DNA of 62,874 nucleotides, counting the filler, from Choristocarpus tenellus KU-1152 (lineage: Eukaryota > Protista > Phaeophyceae), in assembly GCA_964200185.2 (NCBI GenBank). It is 11 parts of 11 records of this genome, joined end to end, with 100 filler letters (N's around TTAATTAATTAA, not from the genome) between each part and the next. Parts side by side here need not be neighbours in the genome. Positions count along the whole stretch, not along the records: positions 6,700 to 16,080 come from CAXNAD020003730.1; positions 16,181 to 22,193 come from CAXNAD020009171.1; positions 22,294 to 25,938 come from CAXNAD020018764.1; 8 more parts are not named here. One strand, given 5' to 3'. Of the stretch, positions 10,836-23,437 are shown in pieces. The notes beneath the pieces were generated by a model that saw only the letters and a program-made list of their open reading frames with translations, searched no databases and was not told the origin of the DNA. The position numbers were made by a program, and so were the translations under genes. Position 1 is the first letter of the stretch, and the number at the start of each line of letters is the position of its first letter.

Positions 10836-12335
10836 ATGTCAGACAATGCGGAGCAGCAGCAGGCTGTGGTGGACCAAAAGCTTTGTGTAAAAGGGTGTGG
10901 TTTCTTTGGGTAAGTCACTGTGCCTTTTCGTCCCCGGCGACTCATGGTACCAGGTTTTGATGTGAGAGGGCATTATTTTTCGTCCGAGTCCCCCACACGT
11001 CCTGATCGAACAATTGAATGCGGCTCGTAAATGATGGGGGTATTTGATACCAATACGTGGTTTTAGCATGGAGTTATTGTACTTTCGTTGATGGAACCTA
11101 GTGGTGAAACCGGTGTAATTTTTTCTTGGATGGTAAGGATGATTGCGAGGGTCGAAAGTGTTTGATGACTCCATGGAGAGTTTTGGGTTTCACTGAATTT
11201 AACTCGGTGTTCCATGTCCGTGAAATTTGGCACTTAGGAGTGCTTTTGCATCATTGATATACCCCCCTCTCTCGCTTTCTACTTCGGCATGTGCGTTGAC
11301 TCTCCAGATCCTCCGCCACAAACTACTTGTGTTCGAAGTGCTGGAAGGACACCATGTCGCAGCGGCTAATGGACACAGAGACGAAGAAAGAAGCTTGTGA
11401 GTGGATATGGAGATATTTCATTTTTTGGACCGAGTTTTTGGGCTGAACCCTTTGACGAAGTTACGACCCGTTTTCAGTGTTTCCGACATCTCCATACCTT
11501 CGCCAACCAGTCAACCTTTTGTGATACACACTTCACCTTTGAAATATATCACTCAATGCGTAGCTAGGTACCAGTGGATAAGATGATCTTGTGGACATGA
11601 AGAGAGCGCGTATTTTTTATCAAGCAACACTTATCACTCAGCGTTGGTCACTCACATGACCACTTTTACAGAAACATAACCTCACGAAACCTCGGGGTCT
11701 CGACTCTACCCTCATACAAGGTGGCATGTCTTCTTCTGTCCTCCTGTCACCTAAACTTTCATTCCAATCGGACCTTACCAATTGAACTCCTATCTATTGC
11801 TTTTGTCACTCCAGCCGTTTCGCATCTCACGTCACCACCAACATCCGAAGTTGAGGCGATGATGGAGAAAGAGGTGATGAAACCGTTAGAAGGGGCATCT
11901 AGCACTGATATTGGTCAACCGCCATCCCCGTCGGAGGTTGCAACAGGCAGCGCATCGTCGGGAATAGGGTTCGTCATGGGAACTGGGGAGCGGGGAAGGA
12001 CTGAGGAGGGAGCCTTAGGAGGGGCACAACCGGTGCCTGTAGCAAAAATGAACGCGCAGTTCTCAATCCCAACTGAAGTGGTGGGAGGAGCAGGGGCAGA
12101 GACAGCAGGCGCTGCTAGTGTAATGCCAGAGCAGAAAAATCGTAAACGATGCTTCAAGTGCCTGAAGAAGGTAGGCTACACTGGCATTGCCTGCCGCTGT
12201 AATTACGTGTTCTGTGCACTGCACCGCTACCCAGATCAGCATGACTGCACTTTTGACTTCAAGGCAGCTGATCGCACAGCGCTCAAGAAGGTGGTTGTGG
12301 GCGGAGGACAGTTCTCCAAGGTAGAACGACTCTGA
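10836..12335 (+). CDS. A20/AN1 zinc-finger (stress-associated / ZFAND5/6-like) protein, complete, 3 exons
   Basis: Exons 10836-10909, 11308-11396 and 11815-12335, all GT-AG and phase-consistent. N-terminal A20 finger [23 protein letters not shown]; C-terminal AN1 finger RCFKCLKKVGYTGIACRCNYVFCALHRYPDQHDCTFDFK. Confidence 0.96.
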
Positions 12336-15300
12336 TCTATTTTTCCCTTAAGGAATATGTAGGGTATGGAAGCGACTGAGGGAGGGCGTGAGGGTAGGGA
12401 TGGGGGAGGCCTCAGGGGTATGATACAGGGTATGTGGTGGGAGGAGCTATGAGGGGGGTTTTCCAGTGATAGCTTAAGAAACCCTTCGCCACAAAGCAAG
12501 CTGTGGAGGCGAGCTGTGGTGATTTATGTAGGCATGCTTGCCCTCCCTTTTCTTGTCTATTGCATGAAGGCCTTTGAACAAAGGCCTTCGTTCTTGTGGT
12601 TGTGCTGAGTGAGGTGGTGTGAAACTGGCACTGTTTCTGGCTCTTTAGGTAGGAGGTAGCAATACCGCTATTGCCAATGTCACCTCTGGGCTGTTTCAAT
12701 TGCTGGTTGTGATCTGAAGCTTCCTCATCGCCTTGGATCAATTGCTCTCTAAATTCCCTAGCATGCTTGGCAGACTCGCTGTTTGGTGCCCATACATAGG
12801 TTGTGATGTCTTGAAGTGATGGGGTAGAAAGTAGCTTAGTAGTCTCTGGATGGCACAGCTCAATATCAGCTGCTCTGGCCAGTGGATGAAGGAATATGTG
12901 TTGCAAGAGTTGGCGCACATTCTGACTCAGGATGGTTGCTGATGAAGCAGTGCAACGTCAAGTGGAAGTTTTCTTGGAGGTGACAACGACAGTGGACGGA
13001 ACAGTTTTGATCTGGCTCTGAGGTGAAGGAGAGAGAAGTGGGAGGGGCAAGTGCGTTGCTGAGGTAACAAATGTAACCCTTATGCTTGTTTGTCAGATTG
13101 CAGCAATCATAGGTTGTGTTTGCCTGTGTGATGAGATGGGAGTAGCCCTCCTGTGGTGGTTGCCCCGTGTTTCACTTTGTACCCTATGTCATAGGTCACT
13201 ACTGTCGTCTGTAAATACGTGTATGGGTTTGGGAGGGGTTGGAAGAGGGAACGGAGGGGGGCAGGAGATTATCTTTGAGATTTAGGGCAGGGGTTTGCTG
13301 GAGAGTACCTTCCTTGGCCCTTTCCCATTGCTCCCCTGTTGTTCATCTTTACCTGCTCAAATGTTTTCAGCTTGACAAGGCAGGGCTTCTTCCTTTAACC
13401 CCTGACAAGAAACTTGTGTTATTAAATCTCTATTTTGAAGCAACGTAGTTCTGAGTGCACAGGGATTTCTTTTAACTGTATCTTGTTGACAAGAGGGAAC
13501 AGCACAGAACCTTTCCTCTACCTCCCATATATATTTTTTTTCTACCTGATTGGTTTGCTGATAGAGGGTGGGTGGTTCTTAAAAAGTATGGAGTTTGCTG
13601 GCCATGTTTGGGGGTCGGCTCTTGATGGGCAGTCAATATGAGACAGTTGAGTTGGTTGTGTTGAAAAGGCAAGAATCTCTCGGGGTGTTTGAGATGAGGG
13701 GGGCACTGGGTGATGAGGGGGAAGTTCACAGGTTTTCTCTGATCGGCGTTCTGGGTTATTACATTACATATGCTCCTGGATGATCCGCTTGGCTGTCAGA
13801 TGGGTATGGTGTTGACAAGAGTAGGGTGTGTTTTCTGTGAGAAAGGCACCTCTTCTGTAGTATCTCATAGTCATCACACATTTTCTCTGGATGTACTCCT
13901 CCCCCCTTGCCCCAGGGTCGATTGTTTCCTGTTTTTGGTATTTTTGTTAAGTTGTGTGAGATATTAGGCATGGGGGTGGGGATTGTGTATTCTTTGCTTG
14001 TCCTGAAAAATGATGAGACAAGGAGTTTGGTCAAATACAAGAGGGGTTCTTCCTTACATAATGGTAATGATTCTTGTTTTTATATCTTTTTTCTACAAGG
14101 ATGGTCCTAGTCAGTCATGTGCTCTTGCATGGCAGGGTGGATAGGAGTCTGGAGGGATACAATCATTTGTCCAATTTTTTGTTGGGGAGAACTACTTGCA
14201 ATATCATTCTCAGATCACTACTGTATAACTATGTAAGACAATGTTCACCAGAGTTGGGATATCCATGGAGGGTGTGTATGCATGATGCTCCTACTCTCTG
14301 GTGTTTTTTTTAATTTGATGATTCACCACCAGTTGCAGCAATAGCCCCTTCAAAAGCGAATGAAGAGGGTGGTTTCTAACAAGAGGTAAAGAGGTAAAGG
14401 TATTGCCTATGTTTTTGACTTTTCTTTTTCTCCATATCTTGTTGTACGTTGAATTTCTCGCAGGAGAGGAGTGAACTCAGGTTAATTGTAAAATTGGTGT
14501 TAAAAGGGTTCTTATACTCCGATTTCTTGGATTTTCTGTTCCATAAGCATGTTTTTGATGTGATGATTTTAGAAACTTTTTTTTTGTATGTGTGTAAATG
14601 GCATGTGAAGATAGTCATGACATTCTTAATTTTTTGACGGGGTAATTTATTGGAAATGGAAGACAAATGTGTGTATACTTCTTGAGGGGAAAGACAAAAG
14701 GAAAAGGAGACAATGATTTCCTGAAACTATGAAGTGGAACCTGTTCATGGAGTGTGGTCTCCAAGAAATAAATTTGAGACACATAATTTGTTGTGAAGGA
14801 TAATCTCTCTTCCTCCCCTCTGATGACCTCAACTAAGAGTTACAGTAGTGTAACTGAAGAAGATTGTCGACATGGGAGAGCTTGTCGGCCATTATATATT
14901 AATGTGCAATTAGTGTAGATACCTATTGCTCCTCAGCGTGTCAAAAAATAAGAACGATAATCCTCCAAAGCACCCAAGGATGGAGAGAGCAAGGCGGAGA
15001 GGGAGGGAATTGAAGGGTTGCATGTTACCTGAGCACATGATGGAGCCCCAGTGAGATAGAGGATATTAAGGACAACAGCAGTTGTACAGAAGACGCTCAG
15101 TCCATGCTATATATAGTTGGAAATGGTGGGTTCACTTTTTGAAAGTGTTTTTTAAAAATCTCTTTTTGTGACATCACTACACAATGCTCAAGTACTGTTT
15201 TTACATTTTTCTCCCCTGGGAGCCTTACAGCTAGATCGTGAATGTTACACTTCACCCTTCCAAGGTGCGCTTTTCCGAAAAAGGCCCGTTCTCAGTCCCC

Positions 15301-16180
15301 CCCCCCCCCACCCAAAGAAAAGAAGTTGTGATGTGAGGAACATGCTCAAGGAACATCAAAATGCCAATAGCGAGGCAGAGGGTGTCAACACGCAATTTGT
15401 CTATTGATTGCACACAGTATCTCCCACCTCCAAACACCACCAGTACAAGTGAAACCCCATCAACAATAGGGATCTTCAACACCTCGGCTGGCGTTTACAT
15501 TTTTTACACTAGACGTGAGAGTTCGATCCGCATCCTTGGCTACATGGACCTCCCAAAATATACTAGGCGGGGGATGCACTTTAGATCTACGTCCCCCAGA
15601 CAGCCCAAACGCCTCCGTGGCAGGTCGAGAAAGCAAGCATTGCATTGCACCGTCTCAATTCGTTAAAAAAAACATAATGGAGAGAGAGAGAGAGAGTGAG
15701 TCGATGTCATGTCAGTGGCAGGGAAGTCGATTGTATGTGAGGTTTTCTACTGCCGCTCATGACCGCGGTTGGTTGAAGTTCCAAATATAGCCGGTTAAAT
15801 ATAGCCGGTTAATTGGCACAGTGCGTGGGCGGTGAGCACCGCAGCCATGAGAAAAAAAATAATGTTGCAAATATCGGACGCTTGTACATGCGATAAAAAA
15901 ACCCGATAAAAAACAGGACACCTTTGGAGGCGTGTATATGCGTGTAAATGGGATGAAGAATGGACGACCTAATGTTGGGTAAAAAAATGTGGTTAACAGG
16001 TTATCAGTTATTGGTTGTCAGTTGACCCAAAGTATCTGAAGGGGGGGGGGGGGGGCGACAGCCGAGGACCCGGTAGGAACNNNNNNNNNNNNNNNNNNNN
16101 NNNNNNNNNNNNNNNNNNNNNNNNTTAATTAATTAANNNNNNNNNNNNNNNNNNNNNNNNNNNNNNNNNNNNNNNNNNNN

Positions 16181-16357
16181 GGGTCTTGGGGGGGTGGGGG
16201 GGGAGGGTGCACACCAGTGTGTCCATTCGGGTCCTGACCAGGAGAAGTGCACTTACATTATTCATCTGACACATGCAACCAAATCACCTGCAAATCATGA
16301 TATGGAAAAATGGGCCCTGAATGGACAGCCACCCCTCCCCAGCAGATGCTTTGAGCC
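16181..16357. mobile_element. MITE family C copy (left end lost at spacer)
   Basis: Family C core ending CAGATGCTTTGAGCC; further family C ends sit at contig edges (1-32, 16024, 22178, 26056-26084, 42240). Confidence 0.75.
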
Positions 16358-17399
16358 AGCCAACATATGCAATAGAGATAGAAACAATAGAGTAGGCCTG
16401 ATTCATATGGCGGCAGCAAATTCCTTGCCAGGAACTCCTTGTTATCTTACGAGGAGGGTGGAGTTGGTGGCTGCCAAAGGTCCTACAAGAGCAGCATGCT
16501 GGCAATGGATCTTTGATGAGACGTCAAGACCATCTGCACTTGCTGGCATCTGGGCCTGGACCTGCTAGTGTGTCTCCAACTGCAGAGACCCGCTTAAACA
16601 CCATCCCTCAATGAAATCTGTTGCCTCAGTCAAGTCAGCCACCTCCATGATCCTCTCAAGGGTCCACAGAGGATTGTTGTCAGCCTGCTCTACGTTTGGT
16701 TTTTTTTAATTAAGTGGGTGACCATTAAAATGTACTTTTGGCGGAGAGAGGGACCAGGTTTGGAAGATCCATGCCAGTTCTTTATCCTCCATCTCTGTGA
16801 TATGTATAGCTAGATCTCGAGACCAAGAACTTCCCAGGACTCCAATCATACAAGTGTGGAGAAAGTCTTACATGCCAATCACAAAACTATCAGGGTGTGG
16901 GGCACGTCTGATGCCTGCTAGGGCTAAGAAATCCAACTCGGGCTGTTGGGGCCGATGGCCTTGTGAGGGAGAAGCAAATGTCTTCTCTATGTTGAGGAGG
17001 AGGGTCCCCACCCCCTGCGAGTTTGTCTTGACCTGAAGGAAAGATCCTACGGCTGCAGAGCCAATCTTAACACAGTAAACAGTATGTCAAAAGAAAGGGT
17101 ATGATATCAGCAACTCATATCTACGAAAGAAATTTGTCTGTTGTGTAAATGGGATCTCAGAAGTTCTTTGTTACAATTTTGGTAATTTTTTCTTGAAAAA
17201 AAGGTGATGGCATGGAACAGGTTGCTGGCAAACTATCTCTTGCAGAATTGAAAGCTGAGGTTACAGGCTTCATTCAATACTTTGTTGACTGATTCGTTTG
17301 CAACACATCATGACATTTCATATGCTGCCTCATCTCAGAAGAGACCGATTTCCACCTTCCTGACTGATTGAGTGTGCCCACGTACAGAGTAGTAGTACT

Positions 17400-19110
17400 T
17401 CATACTGGACCAACACTTTGTGTGACAGGACCAGTGTAGGGACTGTCCAGTTGAAATGTGTTTTGGCAGGACCAGTCCAGGACCATCAGAGAGTATAACC
17501 GAACCTTGTACCAGCCTGGACTAAACATGTGTTGTAACAGGGTCAGACTGGAATCATCAAGGTTTTAATGTGGACTGGATCACAGACTGGCCCAGTAAAA
17601 TATTTCTTAGCAGAGGTGGACCAGGATTGTGAAAGACTATCCGGCCAGTGGTGTCACCTGGCCCTGTTAAGGAACATATTGAAAAGGGGATGCTTTGTGA
17701 GTAGGACATGATAAAACTATGTATTGTGTGCAGTGCAAAATGTCAAAATTTGACATAGAAATATTTTACACCTATCTGGAGAATGTCAGTTGTGAATAAT
17801 ATAACACCATTCTTCAAAGTATACCGTTAAAGGTTGCAAGTACTTCAGTTCAACAGTTGTTGTACTGTTTCTACCTGGCGAGAGAAGAACAGCAATTAGA
17901 AACATGGGAGTGGGCCATGAGATCTATGGAGAAGTCTTCTTTTCTGCATATGCCACATCATCCGATGCATGCGACGACAAGCTTCTCTAGCGCTTTTATG
18001 TGGAGGTGAAGGAGAGCAGCATCAAGAGGTCGAAGGATCAATTCAGCATGTACTTGAACATAGGGTACTGAGCACTGTGTTTTGGCTTTCAACTTGACCT
18101 TGCTGCTGTTGCTGTAGTCAAGTACTGCACAGCTACTATGCCAACCTGGTAGTAGGGGACTTCACAGGCAGTGAGCACCTCAGCCTCCCAAGACCGTCTT
18201 TTCCTAGCACACACACTTCCGAAGGCATCAGGTTTTAGATTAAGAAAGTCAGTCCCATATCGTGCTCTCCTTTGTTTGTAATCAAGATCTTGAAGTACTT
18301 CAAGACAGGATACATCTCACTGGTTGGTCACTTCCTCCATTCTACCGCACCCAAAACTACATGCTCCTGTTGACCAAGCACGTATCAATTCCCCTTTGGA
18401 CCAGACTCCATACCCATGCTAGTCGCACCATTGACTTATCCATCAGTCTGCCCCCCCTCCACAACTGAGTTGTTGAATAGGCCTTCATATGGAGGAGCCG
18501 TCAACCTGGACAGGGAACGCCAGATGTTTGATTTTCACTAGCAATACTGTCGGTGTCAATGCCACTCCCACTGCCCGTATTAGTGCTGCTCATTGTAAAT
18601 CAGCAATCAATGCACACTCACTGTCCTCTGGGCGCTGGACCTCCGCCCTTGGGTCCCTTGACCCTTTATGGCTCACAGTAGTCAATGTAGGGAAAGGGGT
18701 TACGGTGAGGGGCGTGGAAGCCACCCGTCACTCCTAATACCAGTCAGAAAAAAGTTCATTTTTTTCTTGAATTCTACCTCAATTAGACTACTTTCTATTG
18801 TAGAAGGGCTCTTTATCTTCGGTTTTCGTGTTTTTGTCACTTCTGAAAGAGCCACCAAAATAGAAAATAAAATATGATTTAACAGGATTGTTCCAGGTTT
18901 ATCTTAGAATATAATCAGACCAGCCAGGGTACAATGTGTTGTAACAAAACCGAACTGGAGCCATCAAGATGGTAAAACTGGACTGGGCCGCCAAGTGGCC
19001 CTGGTAAAATATGTTCAGCAGGCCTTCACTGGGGCCATCAAGATTGCAAACCAGACCAGTTCTGGCAGTCAGTACAGCTGACTACCGGTCTGGCGAAAAT
19101 ATCTTAAATG
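17400..19110. repeat. Two blocks of degenerate ~80-bp repeats (~17400-17670 and ~18880-19110) flanking a decayed coding-like stretch; possible old DNA-transposon remnant
   Basis: ATGTGTTGTAACAGGGTCAGACTGGAATCATCAAG...TGGACTGG...TGGCCCAGTAAAATAT (~17527) vs ATGTGTTGTAACAAAACCGAACTGGAGCCATCAAG...TGGACTGG...TGGCCCTGGTAAAATAT (~18934). Confidence 0.5.
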
Positions 19111-19593
19111 GTGCAGTGAAACTAAGGTATATCTTTGTTTTGTAGTAGTGAGGGGTGGTAGTATACTACCATCAACCAGATCAACGGTTTTCCAACTTTA
19201 CGGGTGGTCGTGAGAGAGGTAGATAGAGGCAAGTTGTTAGTATTATCGCTTTCCCACGTTTTGTAACACCAAAAACTGTATTGCCCTCCATATACCACCA
19301 AAAAAAATGTCCACAAGACGGGATTTTTGCTTTTTTTTTTTCAGTCTAATTATGTTTGCACTCTGGAATAATAGGTGCTGCAGTATCACACTCACATGTG
19401 TTCGAGTCTCTCCTCCTTTCTCTAAATGGTGTACCACAGTAGTGTCATATCAGGGAGGTATACCCTTACATGTCAAACCCATCTGTCACAGACCTTGTAC
19501 AGCAGGAAGTATCTCAATAGCATCCCGCCTCCTGCCATTCCTGCTGCCTGGGATCAATTTCCTTTGTCCTTTTTTCCGTTGATGTCTTCAAAG

Positions 19594-21150
19594 GAGGCGT
19601 GAGTTCAATGATATGGTGGAGGCAGGCGATGACCTGGAGACACGTGAGGTAGGTGCTCACCCCTATTCCTAGGTGTGTACATATGCAATAGTACATTTAT
19701 GAGTTTCGAATATATGAGCACATCAATTTTAAATCACCTGCTTACGTTTAATGTATGCATATGTGATGATAGTGTTGGTACACACTGTCCAAACTCTCTC
19801 AGTACACGGCCATATGATACACAAGTAGAGGAACATTCAACACAATGACCTAGACAAGCGCATGTGTAATATATGTACACACACAGCTAGTATATGTGCA
19901 CACCGTGTACATTTCGATTTTTGTCATTTGAAATGTGGATCAGTATACATCAATGCACACACACGCGCTCAATATTTGGACATGCAATAGAAGGATGCCC
20001 AACATGCCGGAACTAAACAATGGATAACCCTGAATGCCAGGGGACTGGATGGTATAGAGGTGAAAATGAGCGAAAAAGTATCCATTCCCGTCTATAAGGT
20101 TGCCTGTGTGTGACATTTTGGCCATGGATAACTTCAGACCCCTATTACTCCAGACATGTGCTGTGGGATGCTGCTGTGTGAACGTTGGTTGCATTCGCTT
20201 GTAGTGCTCTTGTCTTGGTGCAATGTACGGAACGGTCCCACCATCATTTGCATTGTAAGTTTAATGACAATGCAGTGAATGGACCATACTCTTGCACGTT
20301 AGAGAGTCGATACAGACACGAATATACTCGATGCAACATGTAACGTAAAAGAGATTCCTGGGTGTTGAATCTTGAATTGTTTCATGATAGTTGCAATGTG
20401 CCATCATTGTCTCTGACTGTCGATGGTGCTTGTGCGTGTGCTGAAGTATGTGTCTATGTATGCACCGATACACTGGATTGTTGCAATGATGTTATTTTCC
20501 AGGTCCTGTTCGCCATCTCATGGATCGTGGCGAAAGCTGGGGTTTTTGACGCCCACTGGGAAGCCACATTGGAAACCTTGACAGAAGCAGCAGCTACAAC
20601 CACTGTACACCCTTCCAATAAGGAGTTCCAAGATATTGCTCTGCGGAACACAGTGAAGGCAGATCACGTCAGGAACAAGGGATGGGGGGAGGGAGAGAGG
20701 AGGAACGCAAAGGGTTCCCTTCATCCAGCTGCTCCCAAATCATCTACATCTATCCTTCCCGACCTGACTACCTCCGTACTACCTGTGGACCTGCCGCCCT
20801 TCCCTTGGGATGTGACAGGGTCAGCAAAGAACATCAAGATAGCTGCAGAAACCTTCAACCGCATGCTGGTTTCCGGTAGAGTGCTTATGCCCATAATGGG
20901 ACGAGAGGGGGCAGCAGCAGATGGTGCTATTATCACCTATGGTGGCGCTGGAGGTGAAGGCCATCAAGGTCAGGGCATTGCTCTGGGGCAGGGTGGGATG
21001 ACTACAAGGGAATATATTTCACCATATCAGTTAAGGGAGCATAAAGAAGATGAAGAGAAAGGGAGGGATCTACTTGTGAGATCATTGAGTGCTGGTCGAG
21101 AGTTGATGGCGTGCTATGGGAGATTGGATGCCAAGCTGAGGTTGGTGGAG
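19594..21150 (+). CDS. Probable TEDC1 (tubulin epsilon and delta complex protein 1)-like protein, two internal exons
   Basis: Exons 19594-19648 (aaag| ... |gtaggt) and 20503-21150 (ttttccag| ... |gtgtgt) give RREFNDMVEAGDDLETREVLFAISWIVAKAGVFD...RELMACYGRLDAKLRLVE. This resembles the TEDC1 motifs SRELLLALSWLLA and QWLMGKLRFRWR. The 648-nt open exon is clearly coding; the family call is from memory of motifs. Confidence 0.6.
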
Positions 21151-22317
21151 GTGTGTACAAAACATTATTGCAACGGAAAGACATACCAATGACCTCTTAG
21201 TTATGACAGCATCAAAGTCGTTACAATCAATCCATGTTGCATATAGTGGAACAGGCAGGAAAGTTCCTAGGTCTTAGGGTTATATGGTGGTCTGAAATGG
21301 AGGGGAGAAATATAGAGCATAGTATTGCATCAGTGAAAATTGAAATTTTGCTATTGGGCACAAATAGATCTATTCTTCTGTTGATGTACATGATGCTTTT
21401 CTTTTTCTTTTTGACATGTGTTGTTGCCCTCAAATAACTTATCTTTTAGAGGGTCAGTTCAGTAGACAGGAGAGTTGTTTGCTGTGTTGTTCCTATTGTT
21501 GTTAGTGTTGTGTTGTGTTGGCCATGCGTGGGTCCTCACAAATGTCTAGGGCTAGGATGAGGGTTAAGAGGAGTTATCAGTGGGTGTGTCCTTGTGGAGA
21601 ATAGGCAAGGAGGCGGTGAATTTGTGTGTGAGATGGAGACCGAGATATCAAGTGTGAGCTGTTCTAGGAAATAGGGCTACCAATGTGTATTAATCTGTGG
21701 GTAGACAGATCTTTGTAGAACCAGAGGAGAAAAGAGAACACGTTAAACAAGTCATTCCATTCAGTTCTACTACCTGTGTATTGGAGAAATCAAACTCACA
21801 TCTGAAAATTGGATGTGACATGTGGTTTATCTGCTGGCAGCGATGACACCCTTTTTACATAGTACAGGCCAAAAAAGATGTGGTGTCTCCAGGGTTAGGT
21901 TGATTTTTGTCACCTCTGTTGAGAATTTCCATAGTACCCTCCTTTAGCTATGCAATCAGTGTGGAGTGACCCCACTAAGCTCGTCCTGAAGTGTTAACCA
22001 ACTTCAAATCAGTATTAGGACTATTCTATTTGAAACTGATCCCCTGTTCGTTTTCACATGAGTCAGATCACCCCTTGCTTAGTTAGTTCTAGTTCGACAA
22101 CCAATATTTTTTGTGGTGTTAGTACTGGGTGTTCGAACTGAAAGAATGCGCGAGTGCTAATTTATCGACTCAAAATGGGGTCAAAGTATCTGGNNNNNNN
22201 NNNNNNNNNNNNNNNNNNNNNNNNNNNNNNNNNNNNNTTAATTAATTAANNNNNNNNNNNNNNNNNNNNNNNNNNNNNNNNNNNNNNNNNNNNGTGTGAT
22301 ATGTTTTTCATGCTTCA

Positions 22318-22490
22318 GACCCAAAGTATCTGGGGGGGGGGGGGTCTATGCCAGGGGTGTCCATTTGGGTCAAAATAGGGAAAAGTGTGTTTACAGTATC
22401 CATCGACATATGAAACCAAATTACCCAAAAATTGTGATAAGAAAAAATGTACCCCAAATGGACAGCCGCCACCCCCAGATACTTTGAGCC
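22318..22490. mobile_element. MITE family C, complete 173-bp copy
   Basis: GACCCAAAGTATCTGGGGG ... CCCCCAGATACTTTGAGCC with perfect TSD TTCA. Confidence 0.9.
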
Positions 22491-23437
22491 TTCAACAATA
22501 TCATCTCGTCCGACCGTCCCCGCGCTGCTGCATCATGTACCACGCGTAAATATCTACTGGGTATATGATCCGCTGCTGGCATACGATATCTCTAGGATTC
22601 CATCCCCCGTCCCTCGTATCCACCTCCAACACATATCCCATCCATTCATATACATCGTGCGCTACTAGAACAGGAAGGGCACAAACAAAATAAGGATATG
22701 GGTCTGAAGCGAGACCTGGTGATGTCCTGGATAGACTACTGGTCTGATACATACGGGCAGTTCATGCCTCACAAGTCAACAATTGTGATCTACGCCGCGA
22801 AAAAACAGGTCGGTTTTGCCCTTGGTTGTGGAGAGGTTGGCTGCACCCTGTGCTGGAGTTAGATGCAAACCGTGTGACCTGGCAGTACGTAGAAAAGGTG
22901 GATCTAAGTAGTATTTCGAGTGGTGGATGTTCATTACCTTGACCGGTTTGATATTATGTTTAAAAGAACATGTCAAGATTCATACAAAGTGCTATCTTTT
23001 TCGTTGCTATGTCGATATATCAATATTCATTATGATACTCGTTGTCGATTTTACGAAGGAAGACACAATAAATGTTATTTCAACGACGAGCACACATACT
23101 CTGCGGCCCCGGGCCCGGTCTGAAATTGGTAGGAAAAGTGTGTACTCTTCGTATGTCCAAAGTGCTTCGCGATGATGATGATGATCGTAGATTCACCTCC
23201 TTTGTCGCCTCTGCAAACGGCAGCGAGGCCCGAACCGAACGACGCTCATGGAAGATTTAATCAGATCGTTGTATATGCTCTTTCGTAACGCACGATGTAA
23301 GCTTGCTTGATCCTGTCTTCCGCGTTCTCAGTCAAGTTATTGGTCAGCCTGCCTTCAAGAGATGTTGCAGGGGTGTTCTTCGAGTGTTCCTTCTCAATAA
23401 CTCCTCACTTGCCCACACAACCAACATTTTTAATTAG

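Noticed and set aside
12412-12918. 168-aa minus-strand ORF
   Set aside because: It lies antisense to the probable 3' UTR of the A20/AN1 gene and has no recognisable motif or splice support.
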